From the NCBI GenBank assembly GCA_965116495.1, contig OZ220696.1:736001-800000 (forward strand): a stretch of DNA of 64,000 nucleotides. Reading direction: 5' to 3'. A model generated the notes under the pieces. It did no database searches. It was not told where the DNA came from and saw only the letters and a program-made list of their open reading frames with translations. The DNA comes from Gammaproteobacteria bacterium. GTDB taxonomy: Bacteria > Pseudomonadota > Gammaproteobacteria > Eutrophobiales > Eutrophobiaceae. Positions 1 through 8,038 of the stretch are shown in pieces; the stretch's first letter is position 1, and every line of letters begins with the position of its first letter. Both the position numbers and the translations under genes were made by a program.

Positions 1-373
1 TCACGGTGCGTCTCAACACGGCTTTCACCCTGGCCACGACCTCCCTCGGACTGAACGGTTTGCAGATATAATCGTCCGCCCCCAGTTCCAGGCCGAGCAA
101 CCTGTCTATCTCCTCCACACGCGCGGTCAGCATCATTATGGGAACCCGGGAAAACTGCCGCACCTCGCGGCAGATATCCATGCCGCTCTTGCCGGGCAAC
201 ATGACGTCAAGCAGGATTAAATCCGGCCTGGACTGCCTGGCGGATGCCACGGCATGTTCTCCGTCACTGATGCACCGGGTCCGGTAGCCCTCCCGTTGCA
301 GGTAATCCTGCAATAGTCCGGCGATAGCAGCTTCGTCCTCGATGATCAGGATCAGTCTTTCAGCTTTTGCCAT
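1..373 (-). CDS. baeR: OmpR-family response regulator (BaeR-like), runs off window start
   Basis: Manual translation from ATG at 373: [14 protein letters not shown]...[10 protein letters not shown]...IMMLTAR...[20 protein letters not shown]; overlaps end of sensor kinase. Confidence 0.8.
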   Translation of the reverse strand, partial: MAKAERLILIIEDEAAIAGLLQDYLQREGYRTRCISDGEHAVASARQSRPDLILLDVMLPGKSGMDICREVRQFSRVPIMMLTARVEEIDRLLGLELGADDYICKPFSPREVVARVKAVLRRTV

Positions 374-1838
374 GATTGACCGCGCCGGGGATTTCAATAA
401 TGATTTTCAACCCGCCCAGGTCTGACGGAGCAGCACTGATGGAGCCGTTATGGGCCTCGACGATACTCCTGCAGATGGCGAGTCCAAGCCCCGACCCGCC
501 GCTGGCGCGGTTGCGTGATGCGTCAACCCGGTACAGGCGCTCAAACAACCTGGGCAGGTCTTCGGTGGCAACACCCGGGGCAGAATCCTCCAGCGTGATG
601 ATAACGCTCTTATCCTCATCAAAAAGTTCGGCGTTCAGACTCCCGTTTACATCCGTGTAGTGCAGGGAGTTATTCAGCAGGTTATTGAATAATTGCTGCA
701 GGCGATTTTCATCGGCAAACACCCGGTCTTTTCCGGTCAGGTTACTGGTGTACGTGACTTTGATATCTTTTTGCGCAAACTGTTCGGAATACTTCTCCAG
801 ACATTCTTCCAGGACAGGACCGGGTGACAGGTCTTGCTTACGGTAATCCAGTGCGCCGATGTCCGCCATGGATAGTTCATGCAGGTCGTCAACCAGGCGC
901 GCCAGGCTGGCGACCTCCCTGGACAGGGTGTCCAGGCTGGCGCGGGAGTATTCCCTGACACCGTCCTGCAGTGCCTCGATTTCGCCTCGCAACGTGGTGA
1001 GGGGTGTGCGCAGTTCGTGGGATATGTCGGCGATCCACTGTTGCCTTGCCGTTTCATTGCGCTTCAGGGTATCTGCCAGCGTATTGAAATTTTTTGACAA
1101 CTCACCCAGTTCATCACTGCTGACCCGCTCGCTCCTGGCATTGTAATTCCCTGCGGCCAGTTCCCGCGTCGCCAGGGTCAATGCCTTCACGGGGTTGATC
1201 AGACGGCGCGCCAGGGGCAGCGCCAGCGCCATGGAGACGATGAGCATGAGCGCCGCGATAAATACGAAGGTCCGCTCGATATGACCTGAAAACCTGAGGT
1301 CGTGGACGTCGGACAGCGCCAGCCTGGGGGTGACGGCCAGGTACCCGATCGTATCGCCGTCTACCTCAATCGGCAGGTAGGAGGTATTTTCATTCGGCAG
1401 GTTTTTTGCTGCGCTCCTGTTCTGCCAGCGCTTACCCCCCGCGAGAACCCGCCTGTCGGCATCCGTCAATGTTACCCTGGACTTCAACAGTACTCCCGGC
1501 CCGCCGCGCCGGCCGGTCTGACGGTGAGATACCGCGCCGGCGGAGTCGAAACGTTCCCTTGCGGTTTCCGACTGCATAAAACTCCTGAGATACAACTCGC
1601 GCCAGGTGCGCCTGTCATCCGTTATGAACTCCCAGTTGCCGTGTATCCGGTATTCCTGCGACAGCACGGCAATAAAATTCTGCCGGGTTTCATGCTCAAT
1701 CCGGTTGATGTACTCAAGAAAGCCCCGGTCGAAACTCCACTGCACCAGGAACAGCATGCCGCACACGGCCACCAACGCCGCAAGAAATACCGCTGACAGT
1801 ATCTTCCAGGTAATGCCGATACGAATCGTCTTGCCCAT
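360..1838 (-). CDS. baeS: Two-component sensor histidine kinase (BaeS-like)
   Basis: Two TM segments, HAMP, H-box [10 protein letters not shown]-box [10 protein letters not shown]2 GGSGLGLAI; cognate regulator downstream. Confidence 0.8.
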   Translation of the reverse strand: MGKTIRIGITWKILSAVFLAALVAVCGMLFLVQWSFDRGFLEYINRIEHETRQNFIAVLSQEYRIHGNWEFITDDRRTWRELYLRSFMQSETARERFDSAGAVSHRQTGRRGGPGVLLKSRVTLTDADRRVLAGGKRWQNRSAAKNLPNENTSYLPIEVDGDTIGYLAVTPRLALSDVHDLRFSGHIERTFVFIAALMLIVSMALALPLARRLINPVKALTLATRELAAGNYNARSERVSSDELGELSKNFNTLADTLKRNETARQQWIADISHELRTPLTTLRGEIEALQDGVREYSRASLDTLSREVASLARLVDDLHELSMADIGALDYRKQDLSPGPVLEECLEKYSEQFAQKDIKVTYTSNLTGKDRVFADENRLQQLFNNLLNNSLHYTDVNGSLNAELFDEDKSVIITLEDSAPGVATEDLPRLFERLYRVDASRNRASGGSGLGLAICRSIVEAHNGSISAAPSDLGGLKIIIEIPGAVNHGKS

Positions 1839-1898
1839 AATGCGTAAGTATCCTGGAGAGGTGGTGCAACATCAATGAGGAAGGCTGGCAATTCCATA

Positions 1899-1920
1899 TT
1901 TTTTCCATAATGTTTGCAAT
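1899..1920 (+). promoter_or_regulatory. Putative BaeR/CpxR-type binding site upstream of spy-like gene
   Basis: TTTTCCATAATGTTTGCAAT resembles the BaeR box at spy promoters; lies in the divergent baeS/spy-like intergenic region. Confidence 0.4.
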
Positions 1921-1975
1921 TTGTACCATTACAATTATCAGCGTGAACGGTTAACCAACCTTACAGGAGAGAAAA

Positions 1976-2329
1976 ATGAAAAGATTTATCACGGTCGTAA
2001 TGAGCACGCTGTTACTGACCTCCACAGCACTGGCTGACCATCCTGCCGGCGGCAAGCATGGCCGGAAACACAAGGACAGGTTTATCAGCAAACTGGAACT
2101 CACGGAAGATCAACGGCAACCCGTTACTGACATACTGAAGGAGCAAAAGGAAAAGGGCAGGGAGCTCATGCAATCTGCTTTTGAACAGGTCAGACCGCAG
2201 ATGGAAACCTTGCATGAAGAAACCAGGCAACGGCTTGCCGAAATCCTCACTGACGATCAGTTACAGAAGTGGGACAGGATGAGCAGCAAGCGCCACGAAC
2301 GGATGCAGAGGCGCTCTTCTCACAGGTAA
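1976..2329 (+). CDS. Spy/CpxP-family periplasmic protein
   Basis: Signal peptide (..STALA), two LTxxQ motifs (LTEDQ, LTDDQ), RBS AGGAG, divergent from baeSR. Confidence 0.8.
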   Translation: MKRFITVVMSTLLLTSTALADHPAGGKHGRKHKDRFISKLELTEDQRQPVTDILKEQKEKGRELMQSAFEQVRPQMETLHEETRQRLAEILTDDQLQKWDRMSSKRHERMQRRSSHR

Positions 2330-2336
2330 CGGTTCG

Positions 2337-3743
2337 TTATTGTGCAGCAAGGATTTCTTTATTAATCCTTGCTGCAGTCGCCCGGGCTGTTTTAATCACT
2401 TCATGCTCATCCAGTGTCAGTACCTTGCGGTCCTCCATTAGCACTTTACCGCCAACAATAACAGTCTGCACGTCCTGGGCATCGACGGCATAAACAAGAT
2501 GGGACACAACGTCATACATGGGGACCAGGTGGGCAGCCTCCAGCGATACCAGGATAAGGTCGGCATGTTTGCCTGCCGCCAGTGATCCGGTATCTTCCAG
2601 ACCGATAGCCGCGGCGCCGACCCGGGTGGCGATCTCCAGAACCCTTATGGCAGGCATGGTCTCAGGGTCCAGCAAGCGGCCCTTGTGTAAATATGCGGCC
2701 AGGCGGACCTCGTCCCACATGTCCAGGTCGTTGTTGGAGGCAGCCCCGTCCGTGCCCAGACCCACTGCGACACCGGCGTCCAGCATCTCCGGAACCGGCG
2801 CAAAACCGGATGCGATCTTCATGTTGGACGTGGGGTTGTGGATAGCGCCCACCCCGCGCGCTGTGAGAATGGATATTTCGGCCTTCGTCGGCCAGACAAC
2901 GTGGGCGGCAATAGTCGGGCCACGGAAGAAACCGATTTTCTCGAGATGGTTGATCGAAGTCTCACCGTACATATCTCCCACGAGCTTGAGTTCGGCCTTT
3001 GATTCGGACAGGTGGATCGCAACGCCCACGGAGAGTTCGTCGGCCCGTTTTCTTACGATCTTCAGATTGTCGGGTGTAATGGTATAGGCCGCGTGGGGCG
3101 CAAAGACAGGGGTGATACGGTTGTTCCTGTTTTTCCACTGCCCGATAAAACTCTCAGCCTTGTCCATGGCATCGGCAAAATTTTTGGTGTAGCCGCTTTC
3201 CTGCTCGATGACGGCAGCCCCGATAACCGCTCGCAGGCCGCATTCCTCCATCACCCGGGCGATTTCCTTTGGATGAAAATACATATCCACGACGGTCGTT
3301 GTACCGCCCCTGATCATCTCAAGACAGGCCAGTTGCGTACCGGCACGTACAAATTCTTTATTCACAAAGCGGATTTCAGCGGGAAAGATGTATTTTGTCA
3401 GCCATTCCATTAATGCAAGGTCATCGGCAATACCACGGAAGAGGACCATGGCCGCATGAGTGTGCCCGTTCACAAGACCCGGCATCAGTACCCGGTTTTC
3501 ACCGGCAATCCGTTTTGCCGGCGAGAATTTCCTGTCAATCGATGCCTGCTCATCGACCGCGATAATAATCCCGTTGTCAATGGCAACGGCGCCTTTATTG
3601 ATCACCGTATTTTTATCATCCATGGTGACGACATAATCGGCCGAAACGACCAGGTCAATGTCGTCTGCATTGGCGTGCGGACTTGTCAAGGTCAGCATCG
3701 ACAGGGAAATAAGCAACAACCAGAGGTGAATTATGCTATTCAT
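2337..3743 (-). CDS. Amidohydrolase, MTA/SAH deaminase (MtaD/TRZ-ATZ) family, with signal peptide
   Basis: PGLVNGHTHAAM, HLSE, HNPTSNMK, GTDGAASNN motifs; hydrophobic N-terminus ending ANA. Confidence 0.85.
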   Translation of the reverse strand: MNSIIHLWLLLISLSMLTLTSPHANADDIDLVVSADYVVTMDDKNTVINKGAVAIDNGIIIAVDEQASIDRKFSPAKRIAGENRVLMPGLVNGHTHAAMVLFRGIADDLALMEWLTKYIFPAEIRFVNKEFVRAGTQLACLEMIRGGTTTVVDMYFHPKEIARVMEECGLRAVIGAAVIEQESGYTKNFADAMDKAESFIGQWKNRNNRITPVFAPHAAYTITPDNLKIVRKRADELSVGVAIHLSESKAELKLVGDMYGETSINHLEKIGFFRGPTIAAHVVWPTKAEISILTARGVGAIHNPTSNMKIASGFAPVPEMLDAGVAVGLGTDGAASNNDLDMWDEVRLAAYLHKGRLLDPETMPAIRVLEIATRVGAAAIGLEDTGSLAAGKHADLILVSLEAAHLVPMYDVVSHLVYAVDAQDVQTVIVGGKVLMEDRKVLTLDEHEVIKTARATAARINKEILAAQ

Positions 3744-3818
3744 GACAGATATTTTGTATAACCGGGGGAGATAACCAACTCTTTCGCCGTCGCTGCTGCG
3801 TCAAACATTCCCATAGAT

Positions 3819-4214
3819 CTATAGGTGCTGCACGTCAGGCAGGGTCGCCATTTTACGGTCCAGTGTCAGGACTTCCAGTCCGGCGCGTAAATAATCGTCG
3901 GATATGAGGCGGTCGAACAGGCCTGGCCCGCCGGTCGCGTTAAGCGCCTCCAGAACGGAATCCCCGTTCAGCGGCGCGACCAGTCCGCTACTCAGAACCT
4001 GAAAGAGAGCCTGGGACGCGTCGTTCCTGGATACCTTGTAGTGGTGTTGAGCGGCGATGTATGTTTCGCCGATGACCTGGTTTGAGGTAAATACCTCTGC
4101 GCCGGAATCGATTAACCCGGAAAGATGCTCGATACAGTACGAATATGAATCAGAAGGCTGTGCGGTTATCAAGCGCAAAAGGACGGAAGTATCAATCCCG
4201 TAACGACGGGTCAT
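3819..4214 (-). CDS. vapC: PIN-domain VapC toxin
   Basis: IDTSVLLR...GETY...LFDRLI...TLDRK acidic PIN residues; overlaps upstream AbrB gene. Confidence 0.85.
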   Translation of the reverse strand: MTRRYGIDTSVLLRLITAQPSDSYSYCIEHLSGLIDSGAEVFTSNQVIGETYIAAQHHYKVSRNDASQALFQVLSSGLVAPLNGDSVLEALNATGGPGLFDRLISDDYLRAGLEVLTLDRKMATLPDVQHL

Positions 4215-4437
4215 AGGGTTCACTCCGGAACTTGTCAATATCGAACGGTTCGATACCAGGGTCTATCTTGTCCTTGAGATAGCCCAGCCTGGAATAATCG
4301 ATGCGCCTCGGCTTGAGAATAAATCCTTCAGGGCCTTCTTTCAGTTCGATTTGATCGCCGGGGCCCACGCCCAGAGCGTCCAGCACCCGGGCGGGGAAAG
4401 TGACCTGTCGTTTAGAGGTAATCTTTACTATCATCAT
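4192..4437 (-). CDS. AbrB/MazE/SpoVT-family antitoxin (VapB)
   Basis: KITSKRQVTFPARVLDALGVGPGDQI; RBS AAGGAGAG. Confidence 0.85.
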   Translation of the reverse strand: MMIVKITSKRQVTFPARVLDALGVGPGDQIELKEGPEGFILKPRRIDYSRLGYLKDKIDPGIEPFDIDKFRSEPYDPSLRD

Positions 4438-4443
4438 AGCTCT

Positions 4444-4482
4444 CCTTACAAATATGTTATTCAAGTAAGGCAGAATAGTCAA
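4444..4482 (-). promoter_or_regulatory. Sigma70 promoter of the TA operon with inverted-repeat operator
   Basis: TTGACT-17bp-TAACAT on minus strand; CCTTAC...GTAAGG inverted repeat brackets the -10. Confidence 0.6.
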
Positions 4483-4649
4483 GTGCAATTATGTTGAAAT
4501 AAAGATAATAAGTTGTCTGCTGTAACAGGCACAGCGTCGAGTTCCAGAAGATGCTCATTGTCCGCAGAGGCCAAGGTGAATACCGATTTGCCTCGATCCA
4601 GTGCGTCTTTACACAGCTTTTCAGTGTTCTTTTCTGCTAGACTACTGCC

Positions 4650-4877
4650 ATGTCAAAAGTTGATCGTATCAAGGAAGAACTGAGCTGGCTCAAGATCGTT
4701 TTCGCTATTTTTGTTGCTACTGACCTCTCGTTAATCGTGTGGCTGGCTCAGAACTATAGTATATTACCTCAGACACTGATATTATTTTGTTGTGCAGGCG
4801 TGGCCCTCATCACATTAGCGCTAATATGGGTTAATCAGGCAGCAATCAAACGCTTCAAACAATTGGAGGAAGAGTGA
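4650..4877 (+). CDS. Small two-TM membrane protein, unknown function
   Basis: 75-aa ORF with two hydrophobic helices and charged termini. Confidence 0.65.
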   Translation: MSKVDRIKEELSWLKIVFAIFVATDLSLIVWLAQNYSILPQTLILFCCAGVALITLALIWVNQAAIKRFKQLEEE

Positions 4878-4963
4878 TGGAATGGTTTGTAGTAGCCGCT
4901 TTTTGTATATTTTTGGCGGGGCTGGCCGTCATCGTTTACGATCTTTCCAAACTTGGAAGTTAA
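4877..4963 (+). CDS. 28-aa single-TM peptide (MEWFVVAAFCIFLAGLAVIVYDLSKLGS)
   Basis: TGATG stop/start overlap with upstream ORF, GGAGGA SD; below the ORF-track size cutoff. Confidence 0.55.
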   Translation: MEWFVVAAFCIFLAGLAVIVYDLSKLGS

Positions 4964-5137
4964 TTCTCGACGCGGCTGATTCACACTCCCGGCTTTTCAG
5001 ACGCAGGGTGTTTAGAAGCATCCTTTATGGCCTCTAGGTTGACAACCTGTTGCTCTTGATCCCACTCTCTGCTTTTGTCCTGATACCCTATATGCTTTCG
5101 CCTGCCGCAAAAGCCTGTACTCTCATGCCGTTGATAC

Positions 5138-6385
5138 ATGCAAAAGCGCCATAACATCGTCCTGCTCTGTTTCTGCGCCGCGTTTATCTGTTATATCGAC
5201 CGGGTAAACATATCGGTTGCCATCATCCCCATGCAGGAGGCCTTCGGCTGGTCGGATACCACCAAGGGTCTGGTGCTGTCCTCCTTTTTTATCGGCTACA
5301 TGATCCTGCAGGCGCCCAGCGGCTGGCTGGCAAACAGGATTGGCGGTAAGATTGTTCTGGGTTTTGCCGTGTTGTCCTGGTCTGTTTTTACCATATTGAC
5401 TCCAGTCGCGGCATTGATATCGTTGCCCCTGCTGATTGCCGTCCGCATCGCTATGGGACTGGGTGAGGCGGCGATGTTCCCGGCTTCTTATAACCTCTTC
5501 TCCCGCTGGGTTCCTGAGACTGAGCGCTCACGTTCCATCGGATTTTTGGCCAGCGGAATACCTTTGGGCACCCTGTTTGCGCTAACTACCACGGGCTGGA
5601 TAGTGTCAAGGTATGGCTGGCCTTATGCGTTTTATAGTTTTGGCTTGCTTGGTGTGGTCTGGGCCGTCGTCTGGTATTTCAAAGCAGCCAATTCTCCTGC
5701 AGAGCATCCCGGGATATCCGTAGCGGAACTAGAGTTACTGGCCTCTGTATCGGGGGGCAGGCAGGAAGCCGCGGATATTCCCTGGAAAAAACTACTGTCA
5801 CACAGTGCCGTCCTGGTTATATTTGTTAATCATTTCTGCACCAACTGGGCGCTCTACCTGATGCTGGCCTGGCTGCCCAGTTATTTTCGTGATGTACAGT
5901 CTCTCAGCGTCACCAGTGCGGGGATCTATTCTGCTGCGCCATGGCTGACCATGTTTGTAATGATCAACATCGGCGGCTGGGCAGCGGACAGGCTGGTGCA
6001 GCGGGGCAACAGTATCACCTTTGTTCGCAAACTCATGCAAACCGCCGGCATGTTTGGCGCGGCCGTGTTTTTCCTGCTGGTACCGTATGCGGACACACCC
6101 TTGATCGCGTTGTCCGTGATGTGCGGATCGCTTGCCTGTATTGCACTGACCTTCTCGGGATATGTACCTAATTTCCTTGATGTCACGCCGCGCTATGCCG
6201 ACGTGCTGGTAGGTATCTCCAATACTTTCGGCACCATTCCGGGCATCGTCGGTGTATTCCTGGCCGGCTGGCTGCTGGACCAGACCGGCAGTTATGCCGG
6301 CGTATTCGTGACTGCGGCTGCCGTACAGGTGCTGGGCGGTGTTCTGTGGCTGTTTTTTGCTACGGGTGAGAAGATTATCGATTAA
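5138..6385 (+). CDS. MFS transporter, anion:cation symporter (ACS) family
   Basis: YIDRVNISVA, GWLANRIGGK motif A, about 12 TM segments. Confidence 0.9.
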   Translation: MQKRHNIVLLCFCAAFICYIDRVNISVAIIPMQEAFGWSDTTKGLVLSSFFIGYMILQAPSGWLANRIGGKIVLGFAVLSWSVFTILTPVAALISLPLLIAVRIAMGLGEAAMFPASYNLFSRWVPETERSRSIGFLASGIPLGTLFALTTTGWIVSRYGWPYAFYSFGLLGVVWAVVWYFKAANSPAEHPGISVAELELLASVSGGRQEAADIPWKKLLSHSAVLVIFVNHFCTNWALYLMLAWLPSYFRDVQSLSVTSAGIYSAAPWLTMFVMINIGGWAADRLVQRGNSITFVRKLMQTAGMFGAAVFFLLVPYADTPLIALSVMCGSLACIALTFSGYVPNFLDVTPRYADVLVGISNTFGTIPGIVGVFLAGWLLDQTGSYAGVFVTAAAVQVLGGVLWLFFATGEKIID

Positions 6386-6419
6386 CCGCTCCTCCTCCTG
6401 ATGTCCAGTTACCAGGCAG

Positions 6420-7181
6420 TCAGCCGGAGTATTTATCCCACATTCCCAGCGATCTGCGGCAGGATTTGGTCAGGTAGAGCGCGTCGGTCCCCAGCGCGAA
6501 GAACCGGGCATCCTGTTCCTTCCAGTAGGCCAGGTATTCCTCCTGCAAGGTCAGGATGCCGAAGTGTACCGAGTTCTTCCGGCACACAGACAACGCCCGC
6601 TTGCCGATCTCGCGGATGCGCGGGTGGTGCATTTCCCCCGGTATCCCAAGGACCTGTGACAGGTCGCCCGGTCCGATAAAGATGAGGTCTACACCAGGGA
6701 CGGCAGCGATGTCATCGATACAATCCACCGCTTCCATGGTTTCAACCTGGATCATTACCATGATCTCGCTATTGGCCGCAGCGGCATAATCGAGCATGTT
6801 TGCGCCGTAACCGCTGGCCCGGCCGGGCCCCAGTCCGCGTATCCCGTCAGGTGGATAGCGGCACAGCGAGACTGCCAGTTCAACATCCTCAACTGAGCGT
6901 ATGCGCGGGAACAGGATACCTTCGGCGCCGCCGTCCAGGGCCCACTGCACGTGGGACGCGCTGGTCTCGGAGAGCCGGACCAGGGGGGCCGCGCGGCCCT
7001 TGTCGATAGCGCGCAGCATTTCCAGCACGCCGTCCGGACCGATATTTGAATGTTCGGCATCCACCAGCAGGAAATCAAACCCGGATTGAGACATCAATTC
7101 CGCGGCATCGGGCGACCGCAGGCCGAGGAATGCCCCGGCAACGGCCTGGCCCGCTTCGAGTTTGCTCCTGAGGCTCATCAA
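6420..7181 (-). CDS. HpcH/HpaI class II aldolase family protein
   Basis: VDAEHS, RYPPDGIRG, QVET, FIGPGDLS motifs. Confidence 0.9.
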   Translation of the reverse strand: MMSLRSKLEAGQAVAGAFLGLRSPDAAELMSQSGFDFLLVDAEHSNIGPDGVLEMLRAIDKGRAAPLVRLSETSASHVQWALDGGAEGILFPRIRSVEDVELAVSLCRYPPDGIRGLGPGRASGYGANMLDYAAAANSEIMVMIQVETMEAVDCIDDIAAVPGVDLIFIGPGDLSQVLGIPGEMHHPRIREIGKRALSVCRKNSVHFGILTLQEEYLAYWKEQDARFFALGTDALYLTKSCRRSLGMWDKYSG

Positions 7182-8038
7182 CTTCCTTGTACGATGCTGT
7201 TCAGGCCCCGCTTGACCAGGGCTTCAACCATCTGCCGGCGGTAGGCACCGGTCGCGCGGAAGTCGTCAATAGGCCGGGATTCCCGGGCTGCCGCTGCGGC
7301 AGCGGCGGCAATCGTGGCCGCGTTCAGGGGTTCTCCCCGGAGCAGGGTTTCCGCTCCGGGGGTGCGCATGGCAACCGGCGCTACCGCGCCCAGGGCGATG
7401 CGGGCCCGCGCCACTCTGCCCCGGTTGAGACTGACCGTCATGGCAACGCTGACTATGGAAATTGCATCTGCTTTGCGCTTGCCGAGTTTGTAGTAGAACC
7501 AGTGTTCGTCATCATCCGGCCTGGTGAACTCAATGCCCGTTACCAGTTCATTGGAGCGCCGTGCGGTTTTGCGGACACCCCTGAAGAACTCCGGCAACGG
7601 TATGGATCTTGGACCGTCCGAAGCGCTTTCCAGGTGAACGACCGCGTCAAGCGCGAGCAGGGGAGGCGACACGTCGGCGGCCGCAGACGCATCGCAGATA
7701 TTTCCGCCGACCGTGGCCAGGTTGCGGATGAGCGGGCCGGCAAAGGCAACGCACATGGGTTGCATGAGTCCTTCAAGCGCCCCTCCCGGTTGCCATTCCA
7801 GCAGACGGGCAAAGGTCACGCCTGCTCCCAGACGAATGGAGCCATTGCTGTCCGAAATAGATGTCAGGGCTTCAAGCCGGGTCAGGTCAACGACCAGGTC
7901 GGCTTCCAATGGTGCGCGTTTCATGTTCACCAGAACATTGGTGCCGCCGGCCAGCGGCAGGACACAATCATTTTCCGCCAGCGCTTTAAGAGCCTCGGGA
8001 ATGTCACGCGGTTGCGTGAACTCAAAATCGTTGATCAT
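7178..8038 (-). CDS. Xanthine dehydrogenase-family FAD-binding (medium) subunit
   Basis: LAGGTN and IRNLATVGGN FAD motifs; ATGA overlaps with both neighbours. Confidence 0.9.
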   Translation of the reverse strand: MINDFEFTQPRDIPEALKALAENDCVLPLAGGTNVLVNMKRAPLEADLVVDLTRLEALTSISDSNGSIRLGAGVTFARLLEWQPGGALEGLMQPMCVAFAGPLIRNLATVGGNICDASAAADVSPPLLALDAVVHLESASDGPRSIPLPEFFRGVRKTARRSNELVTGIEFTRPDDDEHWFYYKLGKRKADAISIVSVAMTVSLNRGRVARARIALGAVAPVAMRTPGAETLLRGEPLNAATIAAAAAAAARESRPIDDFRATGAYRRQMVEALVKRGLNSIVQGS

